This document shows, one piece after another, positions 27,094 to 37,000 of a DNA stretch of 64,000 nt. The notes under the pieces were generated by a model that made no database searches, was not told the origin of the DNA, and was given only the letters and a program-made list of their open reading frames with translations. The first letter of the stretch is position 1; every line of letters starts with the position of its first letter. The stretch is from a virus, in the IMG/VR virus record IMGVR_UViG_3300034358_000044, positions 131,736 to 195,735 of that record; one strand, 5' to 3'. The translations under genes were made by a program, and so were the position numbers.

Positions 27094-27677
27094 GTCCTGT
27101 CAGTCTCGCAGCTTTTCAAGATGAGCTGATGAAGATCGCCTCTGTCAGTGAGACTCTCAAGGGTCTCGCCAAGAACCCCGCTGTGGGTGGGGCTGTATTG
27201 GGTGGTGGTCTCGGGGCCGGAACCAACATCCGAAAAGAGATGGCGACCCGGCACGGGGAGGACTACCACCCTGACCAGGAGCTGGTGGCGAAGAACCGAA
27301 AGAAGCGCATCGGTCGCATGGCTGCCAGCACTGCGGCCTCTGCCGGCACCGGAGCCCTTCTAGGGCACTTCGGAGGGAAAGGTGTTCGGGCTCTCAAGAA
27401 CACCGCCAAGAATGCCATCAAGAATGTTGGCGATGAGGTCAAGGGAGTGGTCTCTCACACTGGGGGAGAGATCAAGGGTACTACCTCCCATATCGCTGAT
27501 GACGTGAAGACCACGTCTTCACACCTGACTGACAGGGCCAAGGACGTAGGGGACGTCATCAAGGACGTCAACACCGGAGTGGGTCGCAGACTCCTGGCGC
27601 GTCCCAAGGAGAAGGGTCCCTCCGTCTTTGAGCGAATCAAGAGTGTCTGGAACGGAAAGAAGAAGGAAACCACATGA
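27090..27677 (+). CDS. Leader-tagged Gly-zipper protein with 11-mer amphipathic repeats
   Basis: GTG start MSPVSLAAFQDELMKIA; VGGAVLGGGLGAG; GDEVKGVVSHT/GGEIKGTTSHI/ADDVKTTSSHL. Confidence 0.7.
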   Translation: MSPVSLAAFQDELMKIASVSETLKGLAKNPAVGGAVLGGGLGAGTNIRKEMATRHGEDYHPDQELVAKNRKKRIGRMAASTAASAGTGALLGHFGGKGVRALKNTAKNAIKNVGDEVKGVVSHTGGEIKGTTSHIADDVKTTSSHLTDRAKDVGDVIKDVNTGVGRRLLARPKEKGPSVFERIKSVWNGKKKETT

Positions 27678-27805
27678 TCGTCAAGACCTTCAAGTCTCCC
27701 TCAGAGCTGCAGACCTACCTGGTGGCAGCCAACATCACACCGGCTCAGGTCGTCGCGCTCTATTTCGATGGCGCCAGCGGTCAGCACGTTCTTGTACACG
27801 GATAG
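27674..27805 (+). CDS. 43-aa hypothetical protein (below the ORF-track cutoff)
   Basis: ATGA overlap with the upstream stop; AAGGA SD; MIVKTFKSPSELQTYLVAANITPAQVVALYFDGASGQHVLVHG. Confidence 0.55.
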   Translation: MIVKTFKSPSELQTYLVAANITPAQVVALYFDGASGQHVLVHG

Positions 27806-27842
27806 TTCCCACACCTCTTTGAGTGCCCTACCTTGAGGATCT

Positions 27843-28427
27843 ATGGACATCGACCGCGAAATTCGAATGATGAAGCTGGCCTGGGCCGATGACCTCGGGC
27901 GCCAGATGGCCCATGCCGACATGGAGAAGCTGGCTCTTGCAGGCATCGTTCCTGGAGGGGTGATGTCCAATGTTCGCCACATCGGAGGTAGTCTGCTCAA
28001 CACCTCCCAGCTGGGGAAGGGAGTACGGTCTGCAGTTGGGGCAGGCTACGGTGGCATCGCTGGAGCCGGTCTCGGCGCCGCCAAGGGCCTCATCGCCCCC
28101 GGTCAGGATGCCCAGGGGAACCAGAGAGGGAGACTCGGAGCCATGGCCGGTGGAGCCCTCAAGGGTGGTGTTGGTGGTGCGGCTCTCGGCGCTGGAGCAG
28201 GCCTTGCCTCCAAGGGGGTCGTTCGTAGTATGGCGGCCGGCAATACGGGTAGAGGCTCTGGAATGCGCAACCTGATGCAAGGGGCCATCGACAACTCCAA
28301 GAAGATGACAGGGGTTACCAACCACCCCATTCTGAATCAGATGCAGAAGAACGTGACAACTCTCAATCGCACTGCCAACGTTGCTAACATGCGTAGTGGC
28401 AACGCCAACATGGCAGCCTACATCTAG
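27843..28427 (+). CDS. Gly-zipper head cargo protein (paralog of 29075)
   Basis: KLAWADDLGRQMAHADMEKLA, then a Gly-rich hydrophobic hairpin. Confidence 0.65.
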   Translation: MDIDREIRMMKLAWADDLGRQMAHADMEKLALAGIVPGGVMSNVRHIGGSLLNTSQLGKGVRSAVGAGYGGIAGAGLGAAKGLIAPGQDAQGNQRGRLGAMAGGALKGGVGGAALGAGAGLASKGVVRSMAAGNTGRGSGMRNLMQGAIDNSKKMTGVTNHPILNQMQKNVTTLNRTANVANMRSGNANMAAYI

Positions 28428-28435
28428 GACTTCTC

Positions 28436-29071
28436 ATGAACGAGCTCGACTTCATTGAGGCGTTGAGGAGTCCTGAGGTGGACTCTCCACGAGCTCTATT
28501 TCAGAAGCTGGCTGAGATGAAGTGCAAGAACTGCGTGAACCCGGCCACCAAGGTGCTGATGTGGGCCGAGCACCGGGCCTACATCCCTTCCTGCGACGGA
28601 TGCGTCGAGAAGCTCATCAAGAAGAATCCCCAGTGTTGGACTCCTGAGGATGGGAACCGCCCGGAGTCCATCAAGCCTGCCTCCTACATCACCGACAAGA
28701 AGAAGAAAAAGAAGACTGCTGGAGTTCAAGAGATGCTGAAGTCCAGGCTTCCAGAAATCGGTGCAGGACTTCTGGGAGCGGCGGCAGTTGGGACGGGGCA
28801 GTACCTGATGAACCGCCGTCGCAAGGGTGGTACCCAGCCTTCACTGGAACAGGTCCAGACTCGTGCATTCAACGAGCAAGCCCAGGTTCTCCGTCGTCAA
28901 GCAGCCGCAGAGAACCGTCCTCTCACCTACAAGGAGAGGATGCTCCTTGAGGTTGACTCTCGCGCCAACCGGGTCGCAGACATCATGGCGGACCACCCAG
29001 TGAAGGGAGCTCTTGTTGCGGCTCCCATGGGTGCGTATCTCGGCGTCAAACTTCTCAACATGGTGAGGTAG
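28436..29071 (+). CDS. Head-cluster protein with CxxC pair and hydrophobic segments
   Basis: QKLA, CKNC...CDGC, KKTA, GAGLLGAAAVGTGQYLMNRRRK. Confidence 0.6.
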   Translation: MNELDFIEALRSPEVDSPRALFQKLAEMKCKNCVNPATKVLMWAEHRAYIPSCDGCVEKLIKKNPQCWTPEDGNRPESIKPASYITDKKKKKKTAGVQEMLKSRLPEIGAGLLGAAAVGTGQYLMNRRRKGGTQPSLEQVQTRAFNEQAQVLRRQAAAENRPLTYKERMLLEVDSRANRVADIMADHPVKGALVAAPMGAYLGVKLLNMVR

Positions 29072-29074
29072 CTG

Positions 29075-29794
29075 ATGTCCCCAGAAATGAAGCTGGCCCG
29101 AGCACTGTCCAACGTCCCCAAGAAGGAAAAGACTTCTTCACGGGACGAAGCAATGGAGAAGCTCTCGTGGGCTGATGAATTCGGCCGTGAGCTCGCTCGG
29201 GAGCACATGGAGAAGCTGGCCATCAATCCTGTCTCGTCCTTGACCCAGCAGGTTGTGGGGAAGGGAATGCACGCCGCACTGGGAACTGGTGCGTTGAAGC
29301 GCACTGCGGTGGGTGCAGCAGGAGGTGCCGCTCTCGGAGGAGCGGGCGGTCTCATGAAGACCCCGACTGTGGATCCTGCAACGGGGCAGCGTCAGAGCCG
29401 GCTCGGGAACGCCATGGCGGGGGCTGTAGGTGGTGGCGTGGTGGGAGGAGGTCTCGGACTTGGAGCCAGGACAGCGGCTCATGCTCTTGGTAGCTCCAAC
29501 AGCGGCATCGGTCGGTACGCCGGAGGAGCTCTCAAGTCTGAGGCGAAACGGACAGGGCATCTTGGGGTAGGAGCTACTTCCTACGAGATGCAGGCGAACC
29601 GTCTCCGTGGTGCCACAGAGGTCAGAGGAGCTCGGCAGGCAGGCCAGTCGCACACTCTGGATCCTCGTGCCCCAGGTGGGAACGGCATGGCCCCATCGCC
29701 TACAGGAACAGGGGCTCTAGCACCCCAAAGGCCCGGTCTCATGGAGCGACTCGGGCAGAAGACTCGGAAGGTGTTTAACGCTTTCGGTGGGTAA
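29075..29794 (+). CDS. Gly-zipper head cargo protein (paralog of 27843)
   Basis: EKLSWADEFGRELAREHMEKLA; GAAGGAALGGAGG...SRLGNAMAGAVGGGVVGGGLG. Confidence 0.65.
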   Translation: MSPEMKLARALSNVPKKEKTSSRDEAMEKLSWADEFGRELAREHMEKLAINPVSSLTQQVVGKGMHAALGTGALKRTAVGAAGGAALGGAGGLMKTPTVDPATGQRQSRLGNAMAGAVGGGVVGGGLGLGARTAAHALGSSNSGIGRYAGGALKSEAKRTGHLGVGATSYEMQANRLRGATEVRGARQAGQSHTLDPRAPGGNGMAPSPTGTGALAPQRPGLMERLGQKTRKVFNAFGG

Positions 29795-29836
29795 TACCAC
29801 TCGCAGAGGAGGCCCCTCTAAGGCACTACTGGAGCG

Positions 29837-31051
29837 TTGATGTTTTCGAGAACGAGACCCCTGAGCTCCATCATTCGAGTTGGAGTGGGCCAGTATCTCG
29901 TTGGCGAACCCTCCAAGCTGGACATGGTCACGATGAACGACAACCTCCGTGGCGGACTTACCGCCTCGAAGGATGGCGTCACCTTCTACCACCTGGACGG
30001 GGCACCTCAGGGCTACGAAGATGGACTGGGGGCCGTCACCCTCCTCACCCTTGCCCAGGACAAGCTCTGGCCGACCGCCTTTGCAGGCCCCCTGAGCCCC
30101 ACTGGGCGAAGTCTGGTGAGGTACTCCATGGGGACAGGGCTGACTGGCTCCTTGCTCTCCCTGCTGCCCGGGACGAGCTCCTACGCGGTCTCTCTGGCCA
30201 CCACTCCGAACTTCGCCTACGTGGCGGAGTACTCCGACGTCTCATCGAGTGCCGGTCAGTTCTTGATGGTGGACCTGGACTCTGGAGAGACCACGACCTT
30301 GCTCTCCGGACTCACAGGAGTCCGTGCAGTAGCGACCCTGGTGGGGGACATCAACTACATCTTCGTGGCCACCACGGAGACGTACATCGACCGGCTCCGC
30401 ATCTACAGGGAGCGGGACGAAAGGGGAGAGCTTCCAACGCTCCTCTCCGACGTGAAGCTCTTCTCCAGGTGCAACAGCATCACCATCATCCCCGGGACTG
30501 GCTCAGTCACTGCCAGAGTATTCGTCTCGATGGCAGAGCGGCTCAGCATCTACAACTTCTTCAGGTCGGATCCAACACGCCTTATCGAGTCCTATGTCTC
30601 TGGCTTCCCCTTCTACAAGGTGGCGATTGCCGAGAACGGGACCATCTTCGCCACGGCAGGGAACTCTGGAATCATCGTGCTCGATCAGTTCGGCCACTTT
30701 CTCTACGAGTTCCGGTGCTCGGGGAAGGAGGTCCGACCCTGGGAGCCGATGACTCCTTATGACGCGGACGCAGTGACAACGCCACGAGAGTCCCATCCAT
30801 TCTTCTTCAGCAAGTACTACTTCAGGTCTCTGAGTACGGGCTACTCTGGTGATGTAGAACCGGACTGGAATCCACTCGCCAAGATTGCAGATGGAGGAGT
30901 GACGTGGATTCCTCAGGGCTTCTTGGACGGTGTCGTCGTGGATGCTGTCATCGAGCCCAGCAACAAGCGGCTCTATGCAGTGGGCGTCGCAGGCGGCATT
31001 CTGGGGACTGAGGGCCGGGTCTGGTCCTTCGACGCGAAAGCGTTCCTTTAG
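29837..31051 (+). CDS. Putative beta-propeller structural protein
   Basis: 404 aa of short beta-strand repeats; one Asp-box-like DGGVTW. Start uncertain. Confidence 0.5.
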   Translation: MMFSRTRPLSSIIRVGVGQYLVGEPSKLDMVTMNDNLRGGLTASKDGVTFYHLDGAPQGYEDGLGAVTLLTLAQDKLWPTAFAGPLSPTGRSLVRYSMGTGLTGSLLSLLPGTSSYAVSLATTPNFAYVAEYSDVSSSAGQFLMVDLDSGETTTLLSGLTGVRAVATLVGDINYIFVATTETYIDRLRIYRERDERGELPTLLSDVKLFSRCNSITIIPGTGSVTARVFVSMAERLSIYNFFRSDPTRLIESYVSGFPFYKVAIAENGTIFATAGNSGIIVLDQFGHFLYEFRCSGKEVRPWEPMTPYDADAVTTPRESHPFFFSKYYFRSLSTGYSGDVEPDWNPLAKIADGGVTWIPQGFLDGVVVDAVIEPSNKRLYAVGVAGGILGTEGRVWSFDAKAFL

Positions 31052-31068
31052 CTTCCTGGAGATGGCTC

Positions 31069-31986
31069 ATGCCACTACCCGTTACGACGAAGAGCCGCCA
31101 CTTTGTCTGGTTCTCTCGGCCGGATCTTCCTACTGGGATGTATCCGGCCTTCAACTACTTCAAGAGGGTAGATACTCTGGCTACTATCTACCCAGCACCC
31201 ATACTCACCACGATTGACTACGGGGGCTTCTACTTCGATTTTGACTACACAGAGAACTTCGCCTTCGCGGCACTGGGAGAAGCCGCTCCGGACATCGTCT
31301 ATGAGATCGACGGAGGTCCCAACATCGTCGACCCGATGAAGAGGTACAAGGTAGGTCGAATCAGCAACAGGGACAGCTACGTCGATAGGCCCTTCAGTGC
31401 CCTCAAGAGTGAGCTCGTCGTCTACCTCGACTACATTCGGACTGATACGGCCACCACTTCAGACGTCCTAGGTACTCACCGTCCAGACCAGAATTCAACT
31501 GTTTCTGACTACATTTCCTATTTGTTCGACTTGGCTGGCATGAACTACGGGGTGACCGATAACATCCAGACGAAGACGGACCGCCTTCCTATGGACCCTG
31601 CCAGTCAGGCTGCTGTTCTCGCCAGTATCGTCTCGAACGTCTCCGCCTCCACCTCTGCGATTCGAGGGGCAGATGCACGGAGCCTGACGGACCTCGCCGG
31701 CACTGGGTTCTCCCCAGCCACCATGTCCTTGAAGATGCAGCATGTCGCACTCCTGAGAACTCTCGGGCTGGTCCACGAGAACTCGGTGATGGACAACACC
31801 AGCTTCGACACGGACAACAACCTCCTCAGTGGGCGTCTGCGCCTCTACGACTCGAAGACGAATGCTGATGCTGCCTTGGCAGCGAGCCCCGGCATCTTCA
31901 ACACTGGTAAGCTGGCAGAGTACGCCATCACGGCATCCTACGTCGGCAAGAACCTCAAGACGTACAAGGTCAGTCTGGAGGGCTAG
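31069..31986 (+). CDS. Putative virion structural protein
   Basis: 305 aa in the structural operon; no diagnostic motif. Confidence 0.55.
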   Translation: MPLPVTTKSRHFVWFSRPDLPTGMYPAFNYFKRVDTLATIYPAPILTTIDYGGFYFDFDYTENFAFAALGEAAPDIVYEIDGGPNIVDPMKRYKVGRISNRDSYVDRPFSALKSELVVYLDYIRTDTATTSDVLGTHRPDQNSTVSDYISYLFDLAGMNYGVTDNIQTKTDRLPMDPASQAAVLASIVSNVSASTSAIRGADARSLTDLAGTGFSPATMSLKMQHVALLRTLGLVHENSVMDNTSFDTDNNLLSGRLRLYDSKTNADAALAASPGIFNTGKLAEYAITASYVGKNLKTYKVSLEG

Positions 31987-32912
31987 TGTCCGTCAAAATC
32001 ACCAGTCTCAAGGTCAAGAGCTTTGACCTGGACCATCTCGATCTCTTCTGGGAAATCTCCCCAGTCGTTGGTCCACGTCGAGATGAGGACCGACATGAGA
32101 TCTTCGACTATGAGTTCTACATCTGGCGAGCTGGTGACAGCCCGATGGGGCCGTACGAGGAGATAGCTGGCCCTCTTCGCGACCAGTACATGATTCGTGA
32201 CATGCAGGTCTCCCTCCTGCACAAGTGGCGACAGTACTACTACAAGATTCGTGTCGTTCACGTACCGACTGAGACTGAAGAGATCTTCGGCCCGGCCTCT
32301 TCAGAAGGTGGAGACAAGGATCTCATCGCCGCCGAAATCATCAGGCAAGAGGACATTCTCTTCCGTGAGTACACCGGCAGGAAGTGCTGGCTCTTCATCG
32401 CCCGTACCTTTGGCCCGCTGTGTACCTGCTGGGACAGAGTGCTGCAGCGCCGCACCAGGTCTGGTCATGCTCTCTGCTTCGACACAGGCTTCCTGGGAGG
32501 CTTCATGTCCCCCATTGAAGTCCACGTGCAGATCGACCCTGAGGGAAAGAACTCTCAGGCCACGGCTTTGGGGGAGATACAGCCGGGGGACACTGCGGCA
32601 AGGATGATCTCCTTCCCACCTGTGAGTCCCAGAGACATACTGGTCGAGTCAGAGAACACAAGATGGAAGGTCATCTCTGTCTCCAACACGGAGCGACTGC
32701 GCTTCCCAGTCCACCAAGAGCTGCGCATTCACGCGATTCCAAGGGGCGACATCGAGTACAACCTACCTCTTCGCTTCCAACCCAATGAGCTCAAGAAGCT
32801 CACCACCTCAGCGGACAGGAACTTCACCAATCCGCAGAACCTAGAGCAAGACGGTGACTACTCGGACATCTACAGTGCCTTCGGCTATTCACCACGCGGC
32901 GCTCTTCGATGA
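31986..32912 (+). CDS. Putative neck/head-closure protein
   Basis: FN3-like N-terminus; CTCWD...CFDTGFLGG; beta-barrel-like C-terminus; upstream of the terminator and sheath genes. Confidence 0.5.
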   Translation: MSVKITSLKVKSFDLDHLDLFWEISPVVGPRRDEDRHEIFDYEFYIWRAGDSPMGPYEEIAGPLRDQYMIRDMQVSLLHKWRQYYYKIRVVHVPTETEEIFGPASSEGGDKDLIAAEIIRQEDILFREYTGRKCWLFIARTFGPLCTCWDRVLQRRTRSGHALCFDTGFLGGFMSPIEVHVQIDPEGKNSQATALGEIQPGDTAARMISFPPVSPRDILVESENTRWKVISVSNTERLRFPVHQELRIHAIPRGDIEYNLPLRFQPNELKKLTTSADRNFTNPQNLEQDGDYSDIYSAFGYSPRGALR

Positions 32913-33195
32913 GCTCATGAAGATTGCGGAAGCGACGCAACCTCCAGAGAAGAAGTCGAAGTTCAAGCGGTGGCTGAAGAACTCTCTTATCGTGGCTGGA
33001 GCTGCTGGAACTGGCACTGCAGCAACCATGGTGGCGGACAAGGCCCTCGGACCTCACATGGGCAAGATGTGGAACAAGATGTCGCCCACCATGAAGAGAG
33101 CCGTGGTGGGGCCTCTCATTGGACTCACCGGTATTGGAGCTGTGCTGGCCTCGCAGAAGCTGATGCAGCAGCGCTACAAGGACGAGAATGGCTAG
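32854..33195 (+). CDS. Small tagged membrane protein overlapping the upstream gene
   Basis: AALFDELMKIA tag; two hydrophobic segments; GTG starts possible at 32854 or 32875. Confidence 0.6.
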   Translation: MTTRTSTVPSAIHHAALFDELMKIAEATQPPEKKSKFKRWLKNSLIVAGAAGTGTAATMVADKALGPHMGKMWNKMSPTMKRAVVGPLIGLTGIGAVLASQKLMQQRYKDENG

Positions 33196-33991
33196 CCGTG
33201 TACCAGTGGGAGTTCCACAGCCGCAGGGAGTGGGTGAGGATCCTCTCACCCACTACACTCGCGTCTTCGTGAGATTTCTGCAGGTCCTCTTTGAGACGTT
33301 CGAGAAAGGTGCGTATCACTGGGATGTAGACGAGAAGAACTCCGAGATCGTCATCTCGGACCAGGCCACCATCAGGAAGGAAGACGTCGAGAAACGTCCG
33401 GCGATTCTCGTCTCTCGTGGCCCTCTTGCGCTCACCAACGTCTCCATGGATCAGTTCGCCGGTCCAGTGCTCCAGAGGGATGCTGATGGGCAGCCGATGT
33501 TCAAGCCCAACAACGACCCAAAGACTGGGAGTCGGCGTCACACGGACCTCTCGTCCTGCACCATGACCTACAACTGTCTCTCACGTGAGGGGCTGGAAGC
33601 GCAGCGACTGGCGTGGATCTGTGGCTACTTCACCAGGTCGCTCAAGAGGACACTGTTGAGGGCGGGGATGCATCGCGTAGGAGAGGAAGTGCAGTTCGGT
33701 TCTGAGTCTTCGCCTGGAAGTATTGTGTCTCCCGATCCGAACGAGATCGTCATGGTCTCTGTGTCTGTCCCTTTCTACTTCCAGGACACTTGGTCGGTAG
33801 AGGCTGCAGACAAATTGCTTCTCAAACACGTAGCCCTGGCCCTAAGGTCTGAAGGAGAGGAAGCACCAGCAGAGGTGCCTATTCAAGGGCCTAGCATCTA
33901 CGGACAACCACTCAGCGTCACGAAAGTTCTATCACTCAACAAGAAGGTCTCGGTCGGTCCTCTTCAGTCCCCGAAACCTCGCAAGCTGTAG
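33188..33991 (+). CDS. Putative tail terminator/completion protein
   Basis: 267 aa immediately upstream of the sheath gene; mixed alpha/beta pattern. Call is positional. Confidence 0.5.
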   Translation: MASRVPVGVPQPQGVGEDPLTHYTRVFVRFLQVLFETFEKGAYHWDVDEKNSEIVISDQATIRKEDVEKRPAILVSRGPLALTNVSMDQFAGPVLQRDADGQPMFKPNNDPKTGSRRHTDLSSCTMTYNCLSREGLEAQRLAWICGYFTRSLKRTLLRAGMHRVGEEVQFGSESSPGSIVSPDPNEIVMVSVSVPFYFQDTWSVEAADKLLLKHVALALRSEGEEAPAEVPIQGPSIYGQPLSVTKVLSLNKKVSVGPLQSPKPRKL

Positions 33992-34008
33992 ACTGAAAGG
34001 AGCCCAAG

Positions 34009-37000
34009 ATGGCTGGTGAGCTTCCCCGTCCTGGCGTAGAGGTCCTCCAGACCTTCAAGACCGCCTCCCCGTCCTTCACTCGTCCCACTCTCGTGCCGTG
34101 CGCCGTTGGTCCTGCATTCGAGGTCATCAACGTTCTCTCATCTGATGGCACTCTGAACAGCAAGGCCAAGTACGGTTCGTACGCCCAGTTCGGTTCCGCC
34201 ATCACCGAGAGCTCGTTCCCGGATCCCAGGAACAACATCGACGAGCTCAACGTTCTGGAAGAGTCCGTTCGTCCGTTCATGCTGTCAGGTGGAACTCTCA
34301 CCGAGCTGCTGACGGACCCCGGCAGTGCCTTCCTGGCGACCAGCCATGGAGCGGGCAAGGCTGCGCTCACCTCCGAGGTCCCGTCTGGATTCGGAACCGG
34401 CCTGGCCCTTCAGGGCAAGGTACTCGTTCTCGCCATCGACCAGCCTGCTCGTCTCTCCACGGTCAAGGACGTCACTGTCACCTTCTCTGGTTCTTCGGCT
34501 CTCACTGCTGAGCAGTGCGCGTCGCAGATCAACCTCGCTGTCGGCCAGACGGTGGCCTTCGTGGTTGGAACCGGGCTCACCAAGCAAGTCCGCATCGTCT
34601 CCCCGACCTTCGGTGCGATGAGCTCGGTCACTGTTCGTGCTGGTGGTTCGGCCAACACTCTTCTCCAGCTCGGCTACAACAACGGTTCTGCCGCACATGA
34701 AGAGCGCGTCGAGGGTTCTGGTTTCTGCGGAGAGGACCAGAACGACAACACCACCAAGACGCCATGGATCAAGTTCCGCCAAGGTTCGTACATGGTCGAT
34801 GGTTCCACCATCGCCACTGCGCAGACCAAGGCTGGTCTCGTCAACATCGAGACCAACACCTTCGTCGCAGATTCCTGGGGTTCCGTGACGTTCGGCTCCA
34901 GCGGCACCTACGACCTGCGTGTGGGGGACTTCTTCTACGCTGATGGACTTCGTCCTGGAGGAGCTGAAGTCTCCAAGGTCGAGGCCTCCCGCTTCAAGCT
35001 GGGAACCATCAACGCGGCCCAGTCCATCGCTGACTCCAGCGGGAAGTACATCTCCAAGGTGTACGACACCCTCCAGGTCGGGACGCTGTACGATGCCAAT
35101 CCCCTGGCCCCATCATTCGCCTACTTCAAGGCGAACGACATCAACTGGAAGAGGGTGGCTCCCACTGCGGCCGTGCTGACGGGTGCGGTACCTGCCTCAG
35201 CAGCCATCGCCGGTTCGCTCTCGGGCAGCGTCGGCAACTCCGGCCCCTACCTGGTCGCTGGGCTCACTCTTCACTACGTCAGCACCATCGAAGGCGTGGA
35301 CTACGAAGGCGTCTTCACCTTCACTGGTGGCCCGTACTCGGACGATGCAGGTCTCCCCGGGGCTGGCCTTCTCACCGCCATCGACAAGGTCGCTGCTCTC
35401 CTCAATGGGCACATCCCGGGTGTCTCGGTCGCCAGTTCGACTCCAGGAGTCGGCAACGGTGTCCTGAAGTTCGTCTGCTCCATCGCCGGCCGTCTGGACT
35501 CCATCACCATCAAGAAGGATGGAACGGCGAACGCGGCTCTCGGGTTCAGCACGAGCTCCGACACGACGAGCTCCAACCAGGCCGATGCCTCGTTCACTGG
35601 GCTCACGGGCAAGTCGATGAGCTTCAAGCTGGACTCGAACCCCCACATCTACTCGGTGGGGTTCTCCAGCAACAGCATCGACCTGGCCGTCACGGAGATC
35701 AACCACGCTCTCGGAGCAGTAGTCGCCTCGAAGAGTTCTTCCGCGACTCCTTCCCTGGTGCTCACCTCAACCCTGAAGGGCTCTGCCTCGAAGCTGGAGG
35801 TTCTGCAGACCAACCCCACCGGCGCCGAAGTGACCTTCGGGTTCGTGGCGGGAAGCAACACCGTCAGCTCGACTGGAAGCGGACGTCCGCTCCCTGATGC
35901 CTACCTGGACGATGCCAGCGTTCTGCACATCCAGAGCCAGGTTGTTCGTGACCTGGTGACCGGCTACCCGCTCGATCCCAAGTTCAACACCGCTACGCTC
36001 TACATCCAGTTCAAGGCGCTGCGTCTGGATGTGACGGCAGTGGCCAAGGTGGCAGGTGTCCTTCGCATCTCGGACATCCCCACCCTGAGCGCCGTGCTGG
36101 ACCCGCTCACTGAGGACAACCCTCTGGGCCTGGCCGCCTTCCTCATGATGATCAACGCCCCCACCTTCGAGGTGAAGCTGCTGGGCGTCGATGAAGTGAC
36201 CGCTGCAGCGCCAATGGGCACTGGACCTGCCTACGCCCGAGCTGCCTCCCTGCTGGAGGCGGAAGAGGTCTACGCGCTCGCACCACTGACCCAGGACGAG
36301 GTCATCCACAGCCTCTGGGTGACGCACGCCACGGTGATGTCAGAGCCGGAGCAGGGCGGAGAGCGCATCGTCTTCTTCAACAAGAAGATGCCGACTCGGA
36401 AGAACCCCACGGTGGCTCTCTCTGGCACCCAGGGGAACAGCACCACCACCGTCAACCAAATGCTCCTGGACGGCAACCCAGCCCCGGGCCTGGTCGCTGC
36501 TGGGGTCAACTCCTCGCTCCCCATCCCTGAGAGCGCAGAGGTCTACCTGGAGTTCGAGGTGGGCGGTGAGCTCCGCAGGTACAGCGTGTCGTCCATCACG
36601 GGCGCCATGGTGAACCTGAGGACCAGCTTCTCCAGCACCGTCAACTCCGAGGGCTTCTACTCGACCACGGGTCTCACCGAAGTCGTGGTGAATGCCTCGT
36701 ACTCCCTGAAGGTGCGTGGGGCGAGCCTCACTGTCCCAGGCTCCAACCCTCCTCGACCGGACTACTCGCTGCTCTCGACCACTGTGTCCGACGCCAATGC
36801 TGGGTACGGCAACCGCCGGGCCTACTCGGTCTTCCCGGACACGGTGAAGACCATCATCTCCGGCATCGAGAAGTCCATCCCTGGCTACTACGCCTGCGCA
36901 TGCATCGCCGGCATGGTGGCCGCCAAGCCTCCGCAGCAGGGCTTCACCAACTACCCCATGACCGGTCTCACGGGCGTGGCTGGTACGGAGAAGTTCTCCA

